From a virus, in IMG/VR virus record IMGVR_UViG_3300009503_000027, positions 1 through 64,000 of that record: a stretch of DNA of 64,000 bases; one strand, 5' to 3'. How positions within the stretch are numbered: the stretch's first letter is position 1; the number at the start of each line of letters is the position of its first letter. Under the pieces are notes generated by a model that worked only from the letters and a program-made list of their open reading frames with translations, did not search any database and was not told the origin of the DNA. Positions 38,706 to 48,293 of the stretch are shown piece after piece. The position numbers and the translations under genes were made by a program.

Positions 38706-39755
38706 ATGCTTCACTTAATAATTGACGCCAACAACTGCCTCGGGCGCCACCTGATACCCAACTTATTGGGCTATGGCGAGCACATCATTATCTGGGACAG
38801 CCGCATAACACAGCAAGCACAGGAAAGCCTGCGCATTCTCCCTGGTATCAGGGGCATATATACTGCCCCCATAATTCCCTGCGCTGCAACTGGAGCTACA
38901 TGGCGAGAGCATGGGGAGGATCTGCCACCATTCGCAGGGGTAGATGTGCTATGGTATCTTGCCGCCAGCACTAGCTCCATACCACAGCCAGAAGGCCCGT
39001 CTGAAGCCGCGGATCCCGCCATGCAGGGGACATCCCAGTTCGCCCTCACAGCATTGCAAACTGTGTGGCAGATTGTAGAAATCGCCCTCAACAACAATAT
39101 CCCTAGGATAATCTTCTTCTCGTCAGATGCCGTCTATGGTTCTGCCACCTGCGCAACAGAAGAAGATCGGTTGCGGCCTATGTCGGTATATGGCGCAGTT
39201 GCAGCAGGCAGCGAAATGATACTCCACGCGGCAGCTAGCTACGGCCTCGATGTCACCATATTGCGGCTTGGCAATGTTATAGGCCTGCCACTGCGATACA
39301 AAGGAGAAACGGAACTCCTTGCCCCCGGCATCCTTGGGAGCATCATAGAACAGATACGCCAACATCCTGACCATATTACAATCCGCAACGATGGTACTCC
39401 TCTGAAAAACTACATACATGTGACTGAGGTAGTGGAGGCAGTAATGTATGCCCGCCACGGAGCAAGGTTCAACAATCCTGAGATCTACAACGTTGGCCGG
39501 CCCGATACTGTCAACATCCGGGAAGTGGTGGGGCTTTTCCAGGACATAACAGGCTTGACACCATACGTGCAGTACGGTAGCCAGCCGTACGATTGGCCGG
39601 GCGAACCTTACGAGATAGGATTGGATAACGCTAAGCTGCTCAGTCTTGGCTGGAAGCCACGCTTCAAGAGCAGTACCGGGGCAGTACGCTATGCGATCCA
39701 GGAGTGGTGGCGCATTGAAGGCCGTGATCTTATGCAGCGCGCAAGCAACACATAG
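38706..39755 (+). CDS. NAD-dependent epimerase/dehydratase-like protein (degenerate motifs)
   Basis: FFSSDAVYG, PMSVYG, LRLGNVIG, YIHV, IYNVG, LGWKP; GxxGxxG and YxxxK are altered. Confidence 0.85.
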   Translation: MLHLIIDANNCLGRHLIPNLLGYGEHIIIWDSRITQQAQESLRILPGIRGIYTAPIIPCAATGATWREHGEDLPPFAGVDVLWYLAASTSSIPQPEGPSEAADPAMQGTSQFALTALQTVWQIVEIALNNNIPRIIFFSSDAVYGSATCATEEDRLRPMSVYGAVAAGSEMILHAAASYGLDVTILRLGNVIGLPLRYKGETELLAPGILGSIIEQIRQHPDHITIRNDGTPLKNYIHVTEVVEAVMYARHGARFNNPEIYNVGRPDTVNIREVVGLFQDITGLTPYVQYGSQPYDWPGEPYEIGLDNAKLLSLGWKPRFKSSTGAVRYAIQEWWRIEGRDLMQRASNT

Positions 39756-40338
39756 GCTGCTAGCAGAGGTAGCAGGAGTGCCCCTCATAGATTGGCTGTT
39801 GGCCTCCTTGCCGCTGGATAGGAGCAAGCCATGGGGTTGCGAGGCTATTGTGCTTATAGCTGGAAGTGAGTGCACAGAGGTACAGAAATATATTGCCGCC
39901 CACCACGATAGAACGCCCTTTAAGGAAGTGCCCATCAAGGTGCAATACTCAGCAGGCACGAAAGCGGAACAGCTATTGTCGGTACGTGAGGAAGTACTGG
40001 GCACAACGGCACTAATCAATAGCGACGTACTGGCCGAGTTTTCGTGGCATGATTTGTGGCAATTCCATACCAGGAACAAGAATATAATTACCAGTGTCAC
40101 TTGCCGCCACACAGACACAGGCATATACCTGCTAGAGCCGCACTTCCTGGAATATCTTGCCAGGGGCAACAACGATTTCGACCTCGCGGCTTCGCGACTT
40201 TGCATTGCATTCCACAAGTGTGACCAATACATTGACCTGAGTGACCCCGATGGACTTTCTATGCTTGGGCAATATATCGCAGAAGCTATCCATATAGGAG
40301 GTCAACAGGGCAGCGAGGAGCCATGTATACCAAGGTGA
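39715..40338 (+). CDS. Sugar-phosphate nucleotidyltransferase-like protein (degenerate)
   Basis: TTG start MKAVIL, VAGVPLIDW, LINSDV, TGIYLLEP; GxGxR loop missing. Confidence 0.7.
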   Translation: MKAVILCSAQATHRLLAEVAGVPLIDWLLASLPLDRSKPWGCEAIVLIAGSECTEVQKYIAAHHDRTPFKEVPIKVQYSAGTKAEQLLSVREEVLGTTALINSDVLAEFSWHDLWQFHTRNKNIITSVTCRHTDTGIYLLEPHFLEYLARGNNDFDLAASRLCIAFHKCDQYIDLSDPDGLSMLGQYIAEAIHIGGQQGSEEPCIPR

Positions 40339-41276
40339 AGCTACGCTACAAGGGGCAGGTTAAAGAAGTCTTCTGCGAAGTACAGAAGACGTGGCGGGAT
40401 ACTGTTTTGGCCTTACCATCGGATTATGTTGCCGCCCGCACGGTAGCTATCAAGCGCGACGGCGGCCTAGGCGATATTGTTATGCTAACGGCGGCAATCC
40501 ATCGCCTAGTGGAACTATATCCCCACTTGGCCGTGGATGTCTACACGAGCGAAGCGTTTATACCGCTCTTGAAGACAGACCCATACATCATGGACGTCCG
40601 GCCCATGAACGAACTGAACAAGTGGGCCTACGATATAGTCCTGAATTGCGTCGGCTTAGTAGAGCGTTCGCGGCACGATACTACTATAGACAGGGTCACG
40701 CTTTTCTCGATGAAGATCTGTGGAGAACCGCCTTCAGAGGGCCCGCTTGTGTTCTTGCCGCCGTACGAAACCGTTGCGGAGGCAGTTCAGCCATTGTTAG
40801 AGATGCAAGAATATCGCGTAGGGATTGCCCCCTGGGCGGCACGCGTGCACAATGACTGGCCCCATACACAGGCACTAGTAGATACTCTGCGCGCCAATGG
40901 GATAACTCCATACCTGATACACAACAATGCACAAAGGATGGCCACAATCGAAGGCGCCATACCGGTGACGCTAGATCTCATCTCTCTTGCCCATTTTCTT
41001 GGGCATCTTAACGTATTGGTGGCAGTAGACTCCGGCGTCCTGCATCTCGCAGCGGCCAATGGCTACAAGCAGCCCTACATCATAGGCCTCTTCGGCATGG
41101 TACACCCACGTCTCCGTATCCGCTGGTACCACAACATAGTAGGCTTGGCAGATGAAAGTCTACAATGCTTCCCATGTAACATGGCACCACAATGTAGTCT
41201 GCCGTCGCCATGTATGGTGAATTTGCGGCCCCAGCAGATCGCTCCAATGATCCTACAAAGGCGTGCAAGATATTAA
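40323..41276 (+). CDS. Glycosyltransferase family 9
   Basis: RDGGLGDIVML, AVDSGVLHLAAA, GLFG, CFPC...C...C. Confidence 0.9.
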   Translation: MYTKVKLRYKGQVKEVFCEVQKTWRDTVLALPSDYVAARTVAIKRDGGLGDIVMLTAAIHRLVELYPHLAVDVYTSEAFIPLLKTDPYIMDVRPMNELNKWAYDIVLNCVGLVERSRHDTTIDRVTLFSMKICGEPPSEGPLVFLPPYETVAEAVQPLLEMQEYRVGIAPWAARVHNDWPHTQALVDTLRANGITPYLIHNNAQRMATIEGAIPVTLDLISLAHFLGHLNVLVAVDSGVLHLAAANGYKQPYIIGLFGMVHPRLRIRWYHNIVGLADESLQCFPCNMAPQCSLPSPCMVNLRPQQIAPMILQRRARY

Positions 41277-41289
41277 GGGGAGCTTCTAT

Positions 41290-41370
41290 GGCCGGCTGAC
41301 CACGACCGAGCTGTACCTGAACCTGTCGCCCGAAGACGCCATCCGCGAGTTCATGGAGATTGGCCTTTGA
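41290..41370 (+). pseudogene. Probable 3' remnant of a tyrosine recombinase gene
   Basis: Translates RLTTTELYLNLSPEDAIREF with high GC3; no in-frame start nearby. Confidence 0.45.
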
Positions 41371-41566
41371 TAAGGCGTTCATATTCTGGATATTTTTCGG
41401 GCCAGGCAGGCAAAACTGCCTCCTCAAAGTAGGAGCACCGCTTTCCGGTAAAAATGTAGCAAGGATGCCCCCAAACGCAGCTCCTGCCAACCCAATTGGC
41501 ACACTCCTCGCGCACTAGCTGCCCTATTTTCATAGTTCTTGGGAAGGATTTCCTTATTTTAGCCAT
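41351..41566 (-). CDS. Cysteine-rich VLP-domain protein
   Basis: LVREECANW...C...C...RCSYFEEAVLP. Confidence 0.7.
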   Translation of the reverse strand: MAKIRKSFPRTMKIGQLVREECANWVGRSCVWGHPCYIFTGKRCSYFEEAVLPAWPEKYPEYERLIKGQSP

Positions 41567-42225
41567 TCTTGCCACCCTCCCCAGGGGCGTCCTATTACCT
41601 TGCGGCCAGCCGCATGGGCAATCAATGCCCATAGCGTTGGCCCCCAAGTACTTTGTAGCTCAATGTACATCTTCCCGCTACAGATATGGCTGATGATATC
41701 TTCGAAAGCCACAGGCCGGACTATACTCGCTTGGGGGCAAATCCGTACCATCTTGATATGGGGCGTTTCTCCAAGCTGGTCAGTAAGTTCAACTAGGAGG
41801 ACATTATTGCCCCCATAAGTGGAAGGTTGCCTACAGATTTCCTGTTCAAGCCGGAAGTCAACAGGGCGATTGGGTTCCACTACCATGACAAGGTCGTATT
41901 CCGGTGTCGGGGCCGATATGTTGTCCAGTTTAGGGAAGCCCACGCGCACACTTTCCCAAAGGGAGCCTAGGCCGCCTCCCGTCTTGCCTAGCAGCCAGCC
42001 CATCTCGGAATATGTACAAAAGCGTAGGATAGCACCGCTCTCCACAGCCCGTAAGAGACTCTCCCAGTCGGGGACAAGGTCCTGATGAGGCCGCCCAATG
42101 AAGGGCACCTCCCAGGCATAGATAGCGGGCCATATGATATCGTATTCCTCTGGGCATTCAGGAGGTTGCCAAGCACCTTCTATGCCTAGATATGTTGCAA
42201 CCAACATCCCGAATGGTGTGCTCAC
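41554..42225 (-). CDS. Hypothetical protein (possibly GT-B related)
   Basis: C-terminal WALIAHAAGRKVIG weakly GT9-like. Confidence 0.6.
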   Translation of the reverse strand: MSTPFGMLVATYLGIEGAWQPPECPEEYDIIWPAIYAWEVPFIGRPHQDLVPDWESLLRAVESGAILRFCTYSEMGWLLGKTGGGLGSLWESVRVGFPKLDNISAPTPEYDLVMVVEPNRPVDFRLEQEICRQPSTYGGNNVLLVELTDQLGETPHIKMVRICPQASIVRPVAFEDIISHICSGKMYIELQSTWGPTLWALIAHAAGRKVIGRPWGGWQEWLK

Positions 42226-42234
42226 AGTCCGCTC

Positions 42235-42624
42235 CTATAGGTGACGGCTCATGAGTGCCACCAAGCCCCAGCCAGTACAGAAGGCCGTCAGCAACTCAAC
42301 TATCTCAAATGAGGCCTTCCAGTATGCGGCGCGCCAAGCATCAGCGGCCATTGTCTTGTCTTTTGCCACATCAGGCCGGTAACTGACTAGCGTAGCCCAG
42401 AATACTCCTTCCACCCAGAGGGCAGCTCCCGCCATCAGCACAATGTCAGGCCAATATAGACCTAGATGCCACACGCCAATGACAAGCCCGTATAATGCCA
42501 ATACCATGACAGCACCGGGCGTGCACAGCCAGACTATCCCTACCACCAACAGCATGACGCGCGCCAGCACCGTAGCAAGCAGGGTGAAAACAAGGGTTAT
42601 GGCTTGCCCACAGCAGCGTATCAT
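42235..42624 (-). CDS. Membrane protein
   Basis: Several hydrophobic segments. Confidence 0.65.
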   Translation of the reverse strand: MIRCCGQAITLVFTLLATVLARVMLLVVGIVWLCTPGAVMVLALYGLVIGVWHLGLYWPDIVLMAGAALWVEGVFWATLVSYRPDVAKDKTMAADAWRAAYWKASFEIVELLTAFCTGWGLVALMSRHL

Positions 42625-42857
42625 TTGCTATCACTCTCCGTTGGTTCTTGTTGCCAGTCAACGGTGGCCAATGACTTTTGCCACCGCCGGGCCGCGTCTA
42701 CATAACCCGCCAGGAGACCTACTGCTATCAGGACCCTCGGATCTTCAAGGCCCTTCAACGCCCGTGCAAGCAGGTAGCTCTGTTCCTGGAAGTACCTTGT
42801 GGCGGCAGGATCTTCCAGCAACAAGATCATCTGGGCTATGAGTTCTTGTGTATCCAT
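42621..42857 (-). CDS. Hypothetical protein
   Basis: GAGG SD, ATGA coupling. Confidence 0.6.
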   Translation of the reverse strand: MDTQELIAQMILLLEDPAATRYFQEQSYLLARALKGLEDPRVLIAVGLLAGYVDAARRWQKSLATVDWQQEPTESDSK

Positions 42858-43579
42858 GAGGTCCTCTGTGGTCGGCGGGGCCGCTCGAATTCCACTTCGG
42901 GGAGGCCTAAGGCGCGGCGGCGCCGGTTAACCGTATGTTCATATTTTTTGTCTAGGGATGCCCACCAAAGATCAAAGCCCAGCTCGTATCCCTCAGGCCA
43001 TGAAAGATAAAGCTGGTTGGCCGCATTAGCCCAGGCCCTGACCATCTGGGCAGCAGCAAAGGCCATAACAATAGCATATGCCCGTCCAGCTTTCTGGAAC
43101 AGATCATCTGCCTCAGCGGGCCATAGACAGCGCACAACATCTTCCACCCGTGCTTGGGTGCGGTCCCGATACAGGGCATAGTAGTCACCGGCCGTTTCGG
43201 CAGGTGGTGATACTTGCCACAACCAGCTCCGCAGACGCTCCCGTATAATATGCACGTAAGGTATCGCCAGGGTGTCATATGCTACTGCGATCTGCCCGAC
43301 GACCGCATTACGGACAAAGTACCAGCGGTCACATCCTGGTAATAAGGTGACAATTGCCCCCAGCCCGGTTTGGTATTTGTCTATAATGGACGTAAAGAAT
43401 TCCAAGAGGGCAGTAACTACCTTATCTGCCCGGCGATACTCTATCTGCACGTTACATACCTCCACGCCACCAGGCGTCAGGGCTACTGCCACCGCATAGT
43501 CATGGGCTGGCCAGCAGCCCAAGAAGCTCTGGGGCACTTCCTTAGGCAACTGAATTGTCACGAAATTAGGTGCATTCAT
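42836..43579 (-). CDS. Hypothetical protein
   Basis: Packed operon ORF. Confidence 0.65.
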   Translation of the reverse strand: MNAPNFVTIQLPKEVPQSFLGCWPAHDYAVAVALTPGGVEVCNVQIEYRRADKVVTALLEFFTSIIDKYQTGLGAIVTLLPGCDRWYFVRNAVVGQIAVAYDTLAIPYVHIIRERLRSWLWQVSPPAETAGDYYALYRDRTQARVEDVVRCLWPAEADDLFQKAGRAYAIVMAFAAAQMVRAWANAANQLYLSWPEGYELGFDLWWASLDKKYEHTVNRRRRALGLPEVEFERPRRPQRTSWIHKNS

Positions 43580-44141
43580 TGATAATTCTCTCCGTGATTG
43601 CTTCCCAGTTGCCGTAAGGCCAGCCCACATAGAGAGATGCCCGCACACCTGCCTGCAACCCCGCCAGTATATCAGAAGGAGTATCGCCTAGCATATAGGA
43701 ATGGCGGATGTCGACTTCATTTGCCTGGGAGAGGATAAGCCCTGGGGCGGGCTTCCTACATGGGCAGCCTGCTGCCGCCCCGTGGGGGCAGACTAAGAAC
43801 TTCATGCGCACCTGGCCACGCTGAGTGATGAGCTGCTGGATATAGCTAAAATCTGCCCCCATGGGCAAGTAGGCGAACTCCATATCGCAATTCCCTAGGA
43901 TGGATTCTGCCACCGCCAGATTGACATCCAAAACACCTGCAAGCGCAGAAGCATCCCGCGCTACTATTGGCTGGTTGGTGACGCAGATGAGCCGCAAGCC
44001 AGCCTGGTCAAGCTGCCGGAGAGCATTGACAGCATTGAGCCAGATACGTATCTGGGAAGGGTCAAGGTAGTACTGCCCCCGCGGTAGCGGCTCCAGCACT
44101 GGCCCATCTCGGTCGAAAAATACTGCCCTACTCAAGAGCAT
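43566..44141 (-). CDS. gmhB: D,D-heptose-1,7-bisphosphate phosphatase-like HAD IIIA
   Basis: AVFFDRDG, VTNQ, CPH....CPCRKPAPG, SYMLGD..SD..AG. Confidence 0.85.
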   Translation of the reverse strand: MLLSRAVFFDRDGPVLEPLPRGQYYLDPSQIRIWLNAVNALRQLDQAGLRLICVTNQPIVARDASALAGVLDVNLAVAESILGNCDMEFAYLPMGADFSYIQQLITQRGQVRMKFLVCPHGAAAGCPCRKPAPGLILSQANEVDIRHSYMLGDTPSDILAGLQAGVRASLYVGWPYGNWEAITERIINECT

Positions 44142-44538
44142 GGACAGACACCTCTACACCTGCCGGTGCCTCGTAGACCTTTGATACATGTAGCACCGCT
44201 ATCTGAGAATCATCACGATAGGCGATACCCGTCAGGGCATCTTCAACGGGCTTGGCAAGGTTACCTGCATCCGGGCGCCGGATATGCCACTTGCCGGGGC
44301 GCATCTTCTTAGGCCGGGGCATATGGAACCGGAGTTCGAGATGTACTGCCCCCGTCGGGAAGGCAGGGTGCGGCTTAGGTACCATTGCCTCGGCCACCAT
44401 CCGTATGACTGTCTGCCAAGCACAAACATCCTCCGCACGCACGTGGAACACCCTACCATGCGCGATGACGCGCTTCCGGCGCTCAGGCTTCGGCTGGCCC
44501 GGCACAAAAAAACTCATCTGCGCAGTCCGGACACACAT
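44128..44538 (-). CDS. rusA: RusA-family Holliday junction resolvase
   Basis: VPGQPKP, F.MPRPK, RPDAGNLAKPVEDAL, YRDDSQI. Confidence 0.9.
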   Translation of the reverse strand: MCVRTAQMSFFVPGQPKPERRKRVIAHGRVFHVRAEDVCAWQTVIRMVAEAMVPKPHPAFPTGAVHLELRFHMPRPKKMRPGKWHIRRPDAGNLAKPVEDALTGIAYRDDSQIAVLHVSKVYEAPAGVEVSVHALE

Positions 44539-44698
44539 CCTTGACTATATCCCCATCACGCTCATATGTCCAGCCCATCGCCTCCATTTGCCACTCCGCA
44601 TCATTGAACGAGTGGCAATCCTCTATATACTCCTCGCGTCCACAATAGTCGCACTTGGCAAGGTACAATCCATGCTCAAGTTGCTCAATCACGGCCAT
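44483..44698 (-). CDS. Small Zn-finger protein (paralog 2)
   Basis: CDYCG...MGWTYE...CPDC. Confidence 0.7.
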   Translation of the reverse strand: MAVIEQLEHGLYLAKCDYCGREEYIEDCHSFNDAEWQMEAMGWTYERDGDIVKDVCPDCADEFFCAGPAEA

Positions 44699-44902
44699 CT
44701 ACTCTCCTCTCAAAACATAGTGCCTAATCTCACATTCCGGGCATACAAGAATGCTCAAATCGTCGTCCTGTTCGTAGGTCCAGCCCATCTTGCTGGCCTC
44801 CCAGAAGGCATCATACCAGGAACCACAGCCGTCTATGTACCTGCGCCGGCCGCAGATGTCACAAGTGACGCAATATACTCCCCGGTCAATCTCCTCCAGC
44901 AC
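44699..44902 (-). CDS. Small Zn-finger protein (paralog 1)
   Basis: GAGGAGG SD, GTG start; CDICG...MGWTYE...CPEC. Confidence 0.7.
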   Translation of the reverse strand: MLEEIDRGVYCVTCDICGRRRYIDGCGSWYDAFWEASKMGWTYEQDDDLSILVCPECEIRHYVLRGE

Positions 44903-45731
44903 CGGACTGTTCCTCCTCGCTGGGCTTGGCACCCTTTTTGTGTTGCCACTTAGTCCATGCCTCAGCGATCTTGGCAAGCAGGTCATCTTCGCTAAGCTTA
45001 GACCATTCCTCAAAGTGGCGCGGATTCTGCAAGTACTTGGTCGTAGCAGCAGCGAACTCGGCATTCCCTACAGTCATTGCGATTTGGTTGACACGGGCAA
45101 TGAACTCATTAGCAACGAGAGTTTTCTCTGCTTTTGCCGCCCCTGGGGTCTTGCCGGGGCTGGTTTCCGCTTGCGCTTCGCGCCGCCGCGCCTCCATTAT
45201 CTCTTCATATGTGGTTCCCGCCAGGACCTCTACGCCCAAGGCACGCAGGGCACGCCCTAATGCTGACGTGGCGGCATTCTCGATACAATGATGTACATCG
45301 GCGCCATATTCGCGCCGGAGCTGCCCAGGGTGCTCAGCTTCTGCGATGTCGCGCGGAGTGAGCACCACGCCGGTGGCAATACCCTCTGCCTCACCTACAA
45401 GGTCACTGCTAACGGTGACCTTGACGGTGATAAAGCGCTTGTCAAGGATTTCATTGCCCGTGGGTATGATCTCCGTCCGGACGGAATAGCGGACCGGGCG
45501 CTTGAGGGCTTCGGCGGCACGGCCGTGGGCATCAGCAAACATCCGCAGAAGGCCGCTGACCTTCATATACGGGACAGACGCTCCCCGGTCACTAATTGAG
45601 ACGGCGAACTCACTGTAGTCCTTGACACGGACGCGCACGGGGCCAATGTAGATTTCCCGGTCTGCCCCCGCCTGGGGGGTAAAATCGTCAATATTTTCCG
45701 TCCACAGCTTATTCTGCTCCAAAGAAGTCAT
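44886..45731 (-). CDS. ssDNA-annealing recombinase (Rad52/Sak-like)
   Basis: YMKV..L..F, ATG, ENAATSALGRAL..LG; next to SSB. Confidence 0.65.
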   Translation of the reverse strand: MTSLEQNKLWTENIDDFTPQAGADREIYIGPVRVRVKDYSEFAVSISDRGASVPYMKVSGLLRMFADAHGRAAEALKRPVRYSVRTEIIPTGNEILDKRFITVKVTVSSDLVGEAEGIATGVVLTPRDIAEAEHPGQLRREYGADVHHCIENAATSALGRALRALGVEVLAGTTYEEIMEARRREAQAETSPGKTPGAAKAEKTLVANEFIARVNQIAMTVGNAEFAAATTKYLQNPRHFEEWSKLSEDDLLAKIAEAWTKWQHKKGAKPSEEEQSGAGGD

Positions 45732-46065
45732 CTATATCACTCTCCTCTTCATGCGCCATACTGAATGGCCGTGCCGTCGTCACGGAAATGATCGTCCTCC
45801 ACTGGTCGTTCACCTTCTCGGTATCGAGACGCCCCTCAATATACATAAGGGTGCCTTCTTTGACCTTGGCAATTGCCTCTGCAGCATTGCCCCAAGCCCG
45901 CGCCCAATGGAAGGACCTTTGTGGCTGTCCTTGGCGCGACCGATCTTCCTCGATGACGAGGACGCACCTCACTACGGGCCTACCGGAGGTAGTATACTCC
46001 AGCCGTATACCGCCCTCCTTCGCTCTACTTTTTACCCTTGCCACTGCCATGACCTTGTTTATCAT
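45709..46065 (-). CDS. ssb: Single-stranded DNA-binding protein
   Basis: MINKV, YTTSG.PV, WG..AE, G.L.YIEGRL, acidic tail. Confidence 0.88.
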   Translation of the reverse strand: MINKVMAVARVKSRAKEGGIRLEYTTSGRPVVRCVLVIEEDRSRQGQPQRSFHWARAWGNAAEAIAKVKEGTLMYIEGRLDTEKVNDQWRTIISVTTARPFSMAHEEESDIDDFFGAE

Positions 46066-46816
46066 GCTGCTTCCCCCTGCTAAGTTCCTGGCGGACAATC
46101 CGCCGTATCCAGGCCTCCAGGAGGCCCTGAGCCGCCCAGACATACGGCGGCACATACACATCTGCAAGGTTCACTGCTTGCGCTATTGCCCTTTCGCGTT
46201 CTACTGCTTCTTCGGGTGCATCTGCGCTAACATAATAATACCCATCTGGGTCGCGCCATAAACCATAACCCTCCTTGCGCAAAACCCGTGCAGCATTGAT
46301 CAGCCACTCCGCATCATATACCTGCCCGCTACGCACAGACGTGCGCTGCATATAGCTAAGCAGGTCGCGTTCCGATATACGCCCCGTGGCCCTGACGATC
46401 ATCATCAAGGCGGCATAATCCTCGCGGGGGCCATGATACTCAGTGAGGAACGGCCCAACCACAAGATTGGTCCCTACGGTATCAAGGACTTTCAGGGCTT
46501 CGGGCAGCTTGTAGAAGGTATACTCTTCGGTCACACGGGCAGTAATGGGCACCTGGAGGAGGACATCTTCGAGGGGCACAAATGTACTGGGGACATCATA
46601 CCGGATGCCCCGCCATCCTTTGGGCACCCGCAACTTGGGCACAAACAGGAAGACATCCGTGACGGTTGCCCCGTTCTCGGCCTGCTCTTCAAGGATAACC
46701 GTGTAGAGTTGCCCCGCCTGGGGCTCAGTCTCGGCTTCTACAAAACCCCAAGTGCGCACAACTCCTACTCTGCTATCCTGGTATGATGAGTCTGCCGCGC
46801 CCGTCGTGGCCGGCAT
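46025..46816 (-). CDS. Hypothetical protein
   Basis: GGAGG SD, packed operon. Confidence 0.65.
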   Translation of the reverse strand: MPATTGAADSSYQDSRVGVVRTWGFVEAETEPQAGQLYTVILEEQAENGATVTDVFLFVPKLRVPKGWRGIRYDVPSTFVPLEDVLLQVPITARVTEEYTFYKLPEALKVLDTVGTNLVVGPFLTEYHGPREDYAALMMIVRATGRISERDLLSYMQRTSVRSGQVYDAEWLINAARVLRKEGYGLWRDPDGYYYVSADAPEEAVERERAIAQAVNLADVYVPPYVWAAQGLLEAWIRRIVRQELSRGKQHDKQGHGSGKGKK

Positions 46817-46997
46817 GGATCTTATCCTCCCAAAATTCTAGGATGTCAACGAGCTTCCCGCACTCGTCACCTGTTAGGTCACGCACCCGCGGCTTACCGA
46901 AGTGATAGTAGATTAGGTCGTGCAGATACTGGTCGACAACCTTGCCGGCAATCTCACGCCCTAATCCGTATATGAGCCGATGCTGCTCATCCGTCAT
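46773..46997 (-). CDS. Hypothetical protein
   Basis: MTDEQHRLIY...DLT..E...L motif. Confidence 0.55.
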   Translation of the reverse strand: MTDEQHRLIYGLGREIAGKVVDQYLHDLIYYHFGKPRVRDLTGDECGKLVDILEFWEDKIHAGHDGRGRLIIPG

Positions 46998-47727
46998 TGT
47001 CTTCCACCACCCTGGGTTCTGTCCAGTCCCCACAGATTGTATCATACTCGCAGACAATTTTGGCCTCTGGCCCACAGGGGCATTCCATGACAGCAGGCAG
47101 AAGATGCTGCTGAGCGAGTTCCACTACCAAAGAGATCCGTCCGCGGACTGCCTCCCATACCGTATCATTCCAGTAGACTACGTACTCGCCCACAAACTCT
47201 TCTTCTCCACGCCGTACCACATGAATATAGCCCTCGTTCACGGGATAACCCGCAGAACGCGCCAGGTGGATATAACAATGTACCTGCTCGCTCCATTTGG
47301 TCTCATAGTATCCCAGGTCTTTCACCCACGGGCTGATGGACTTGCACTCGCAAAGGTACCATGTATTCTCTATGCGCACGAGTGCATCCGCAGTACCCTG
47401 CAGGTGCAGCTCTTCGTCTACCATCGGCACCTCAGTATGCAGTTCGTCTATCCGGCCTTGCTCTAACGCATTGGCTAAGAGAATATGGTAGCGGCTATGC
47501 ATTTCAGTACCTGCCTCGGCGAAGCGAACCTCCGTAAAGTTCATGGGCCGCGCAGGGATACCTAGGAAGGCCATCACCTGCCGCCGGAGGCAAGACGTCA
47601 CCATCGAGGGTGAAATGTACCCCGGCTTCCTGCGGGGCAGATATTGCGTTGCCAGGAGCTTATTCAGCACGAGGGCCCTTTCGGGTTCGGCGAAGGGTGT
47701 ACCGTCACTCACTTGTATTTTGCGCAT
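46987..47727 (-). CDS. Cas4-like / PD-(D/E)XK exonuclease
   Basis: SPS...C.R, GT.MH, GTAD, ECKS, QVHCY, C-terminal cysteines. Confidence 0.85.
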   Translation of the reverse strand: MRKIQVSDGTPFAEPERALVLNKLLATQYLPRRKPGYISPSMVTSCLRRQVMAFLGIPARPMNFTEVRFAEAGTEMHSRYHILLANALEQGRIDELHTEVPMVDEELHLQGTADALVRIENTWYLCECKSISPWVKDLGYYETKWSEQVHCYIHLARSAGYPVNEGYIHVVRRGEEEFVGEYVVYWNDTVWEAVRGRISLVVELAQQHLLPAVMECPCGPEAKIVCEYDTICGDWTEPRVVEDNDG

Positions 47728-48016
47728 TTTGTGCCTCCAGTTTATGCATCCTATGCAAGATACCTGCATACTGCCGGATGTTGGCTATCAGGGCCGCATC
47801 CCTTAGCGCTGGATCAATAGCCACAAGGTACCGTGGATACGCCTCAAGGGCCTCTTCGTACGAGCAGCCATGCTCTTGGGCAATTATACGGGCGGCCTTC
47901 TTGACATGCCAGATGTACTTCTTGGGGGCAATGAAGCCCGACTCTGAGGCCAGCAGCATCTCCTTAAACTCATCTAGCAGCTCCTTCTTCTCGTCACTGA
48001 TCGGCACTGCCACCAA
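47705..48016 (-). CDS. Hypothetical protein
   Basis: GGAGG SD, packed operon. Confidence 0.6.
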   Translation of the reverse strand: MVAVPISDEKKELLDEFKEMLLASESGFIAPKKYIWHVKKAARIIAQEHGCSYEEALEAYPRYLVAIDPALRDAALIANIRQYAGILHRMHKLEAQNAQNTSE

Positions 48017-48293
48017 CCTCCCGTGCCCAGTCTTCGGGACTCATACAGACAAGTTCGAGAGTGCCCCCGGGGCCTAGAAAACGCAGAAGCAATAAGGGAC
48101 GCTTGCCCTCTTGTAGCGCCTCGGCGGCAATCTTCTCCCACCAAGCACGCTTCACGGCGATCTGCTTGCCCCCCGTTGCCTTTTCTTCAATGAGCCAGTG
48201 CTTATCGTAATGGTCTCCCTTCCAGAAACCAGCACCGCTGGCATATTGTTCATACACCTTCAGGGGCCCGATTATGCGTGTTCTTCTGCCCAC
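47994..48293 (-). CDS. Small PD-(D/E)XK nuclease (resolvase-like)
   Basis: SGAG..KGD.....LIEEK.T...W.KI..EA. Confidence 0.7.
   Translation of the reverse strand: MGRRTRIIGPLKVYEQYASGAGFWKGDHYDKHWLIEEKATGGKQIAVKRAWWEKIAAEALQEGKRPLLLLRFLGPGGTLELVCMSPEDWAREVGGSADQ

Noticed and set aside
39123-40232. 369-aa minus ORF
   Set aside because: Antisense to two genes with recognisable motifs.
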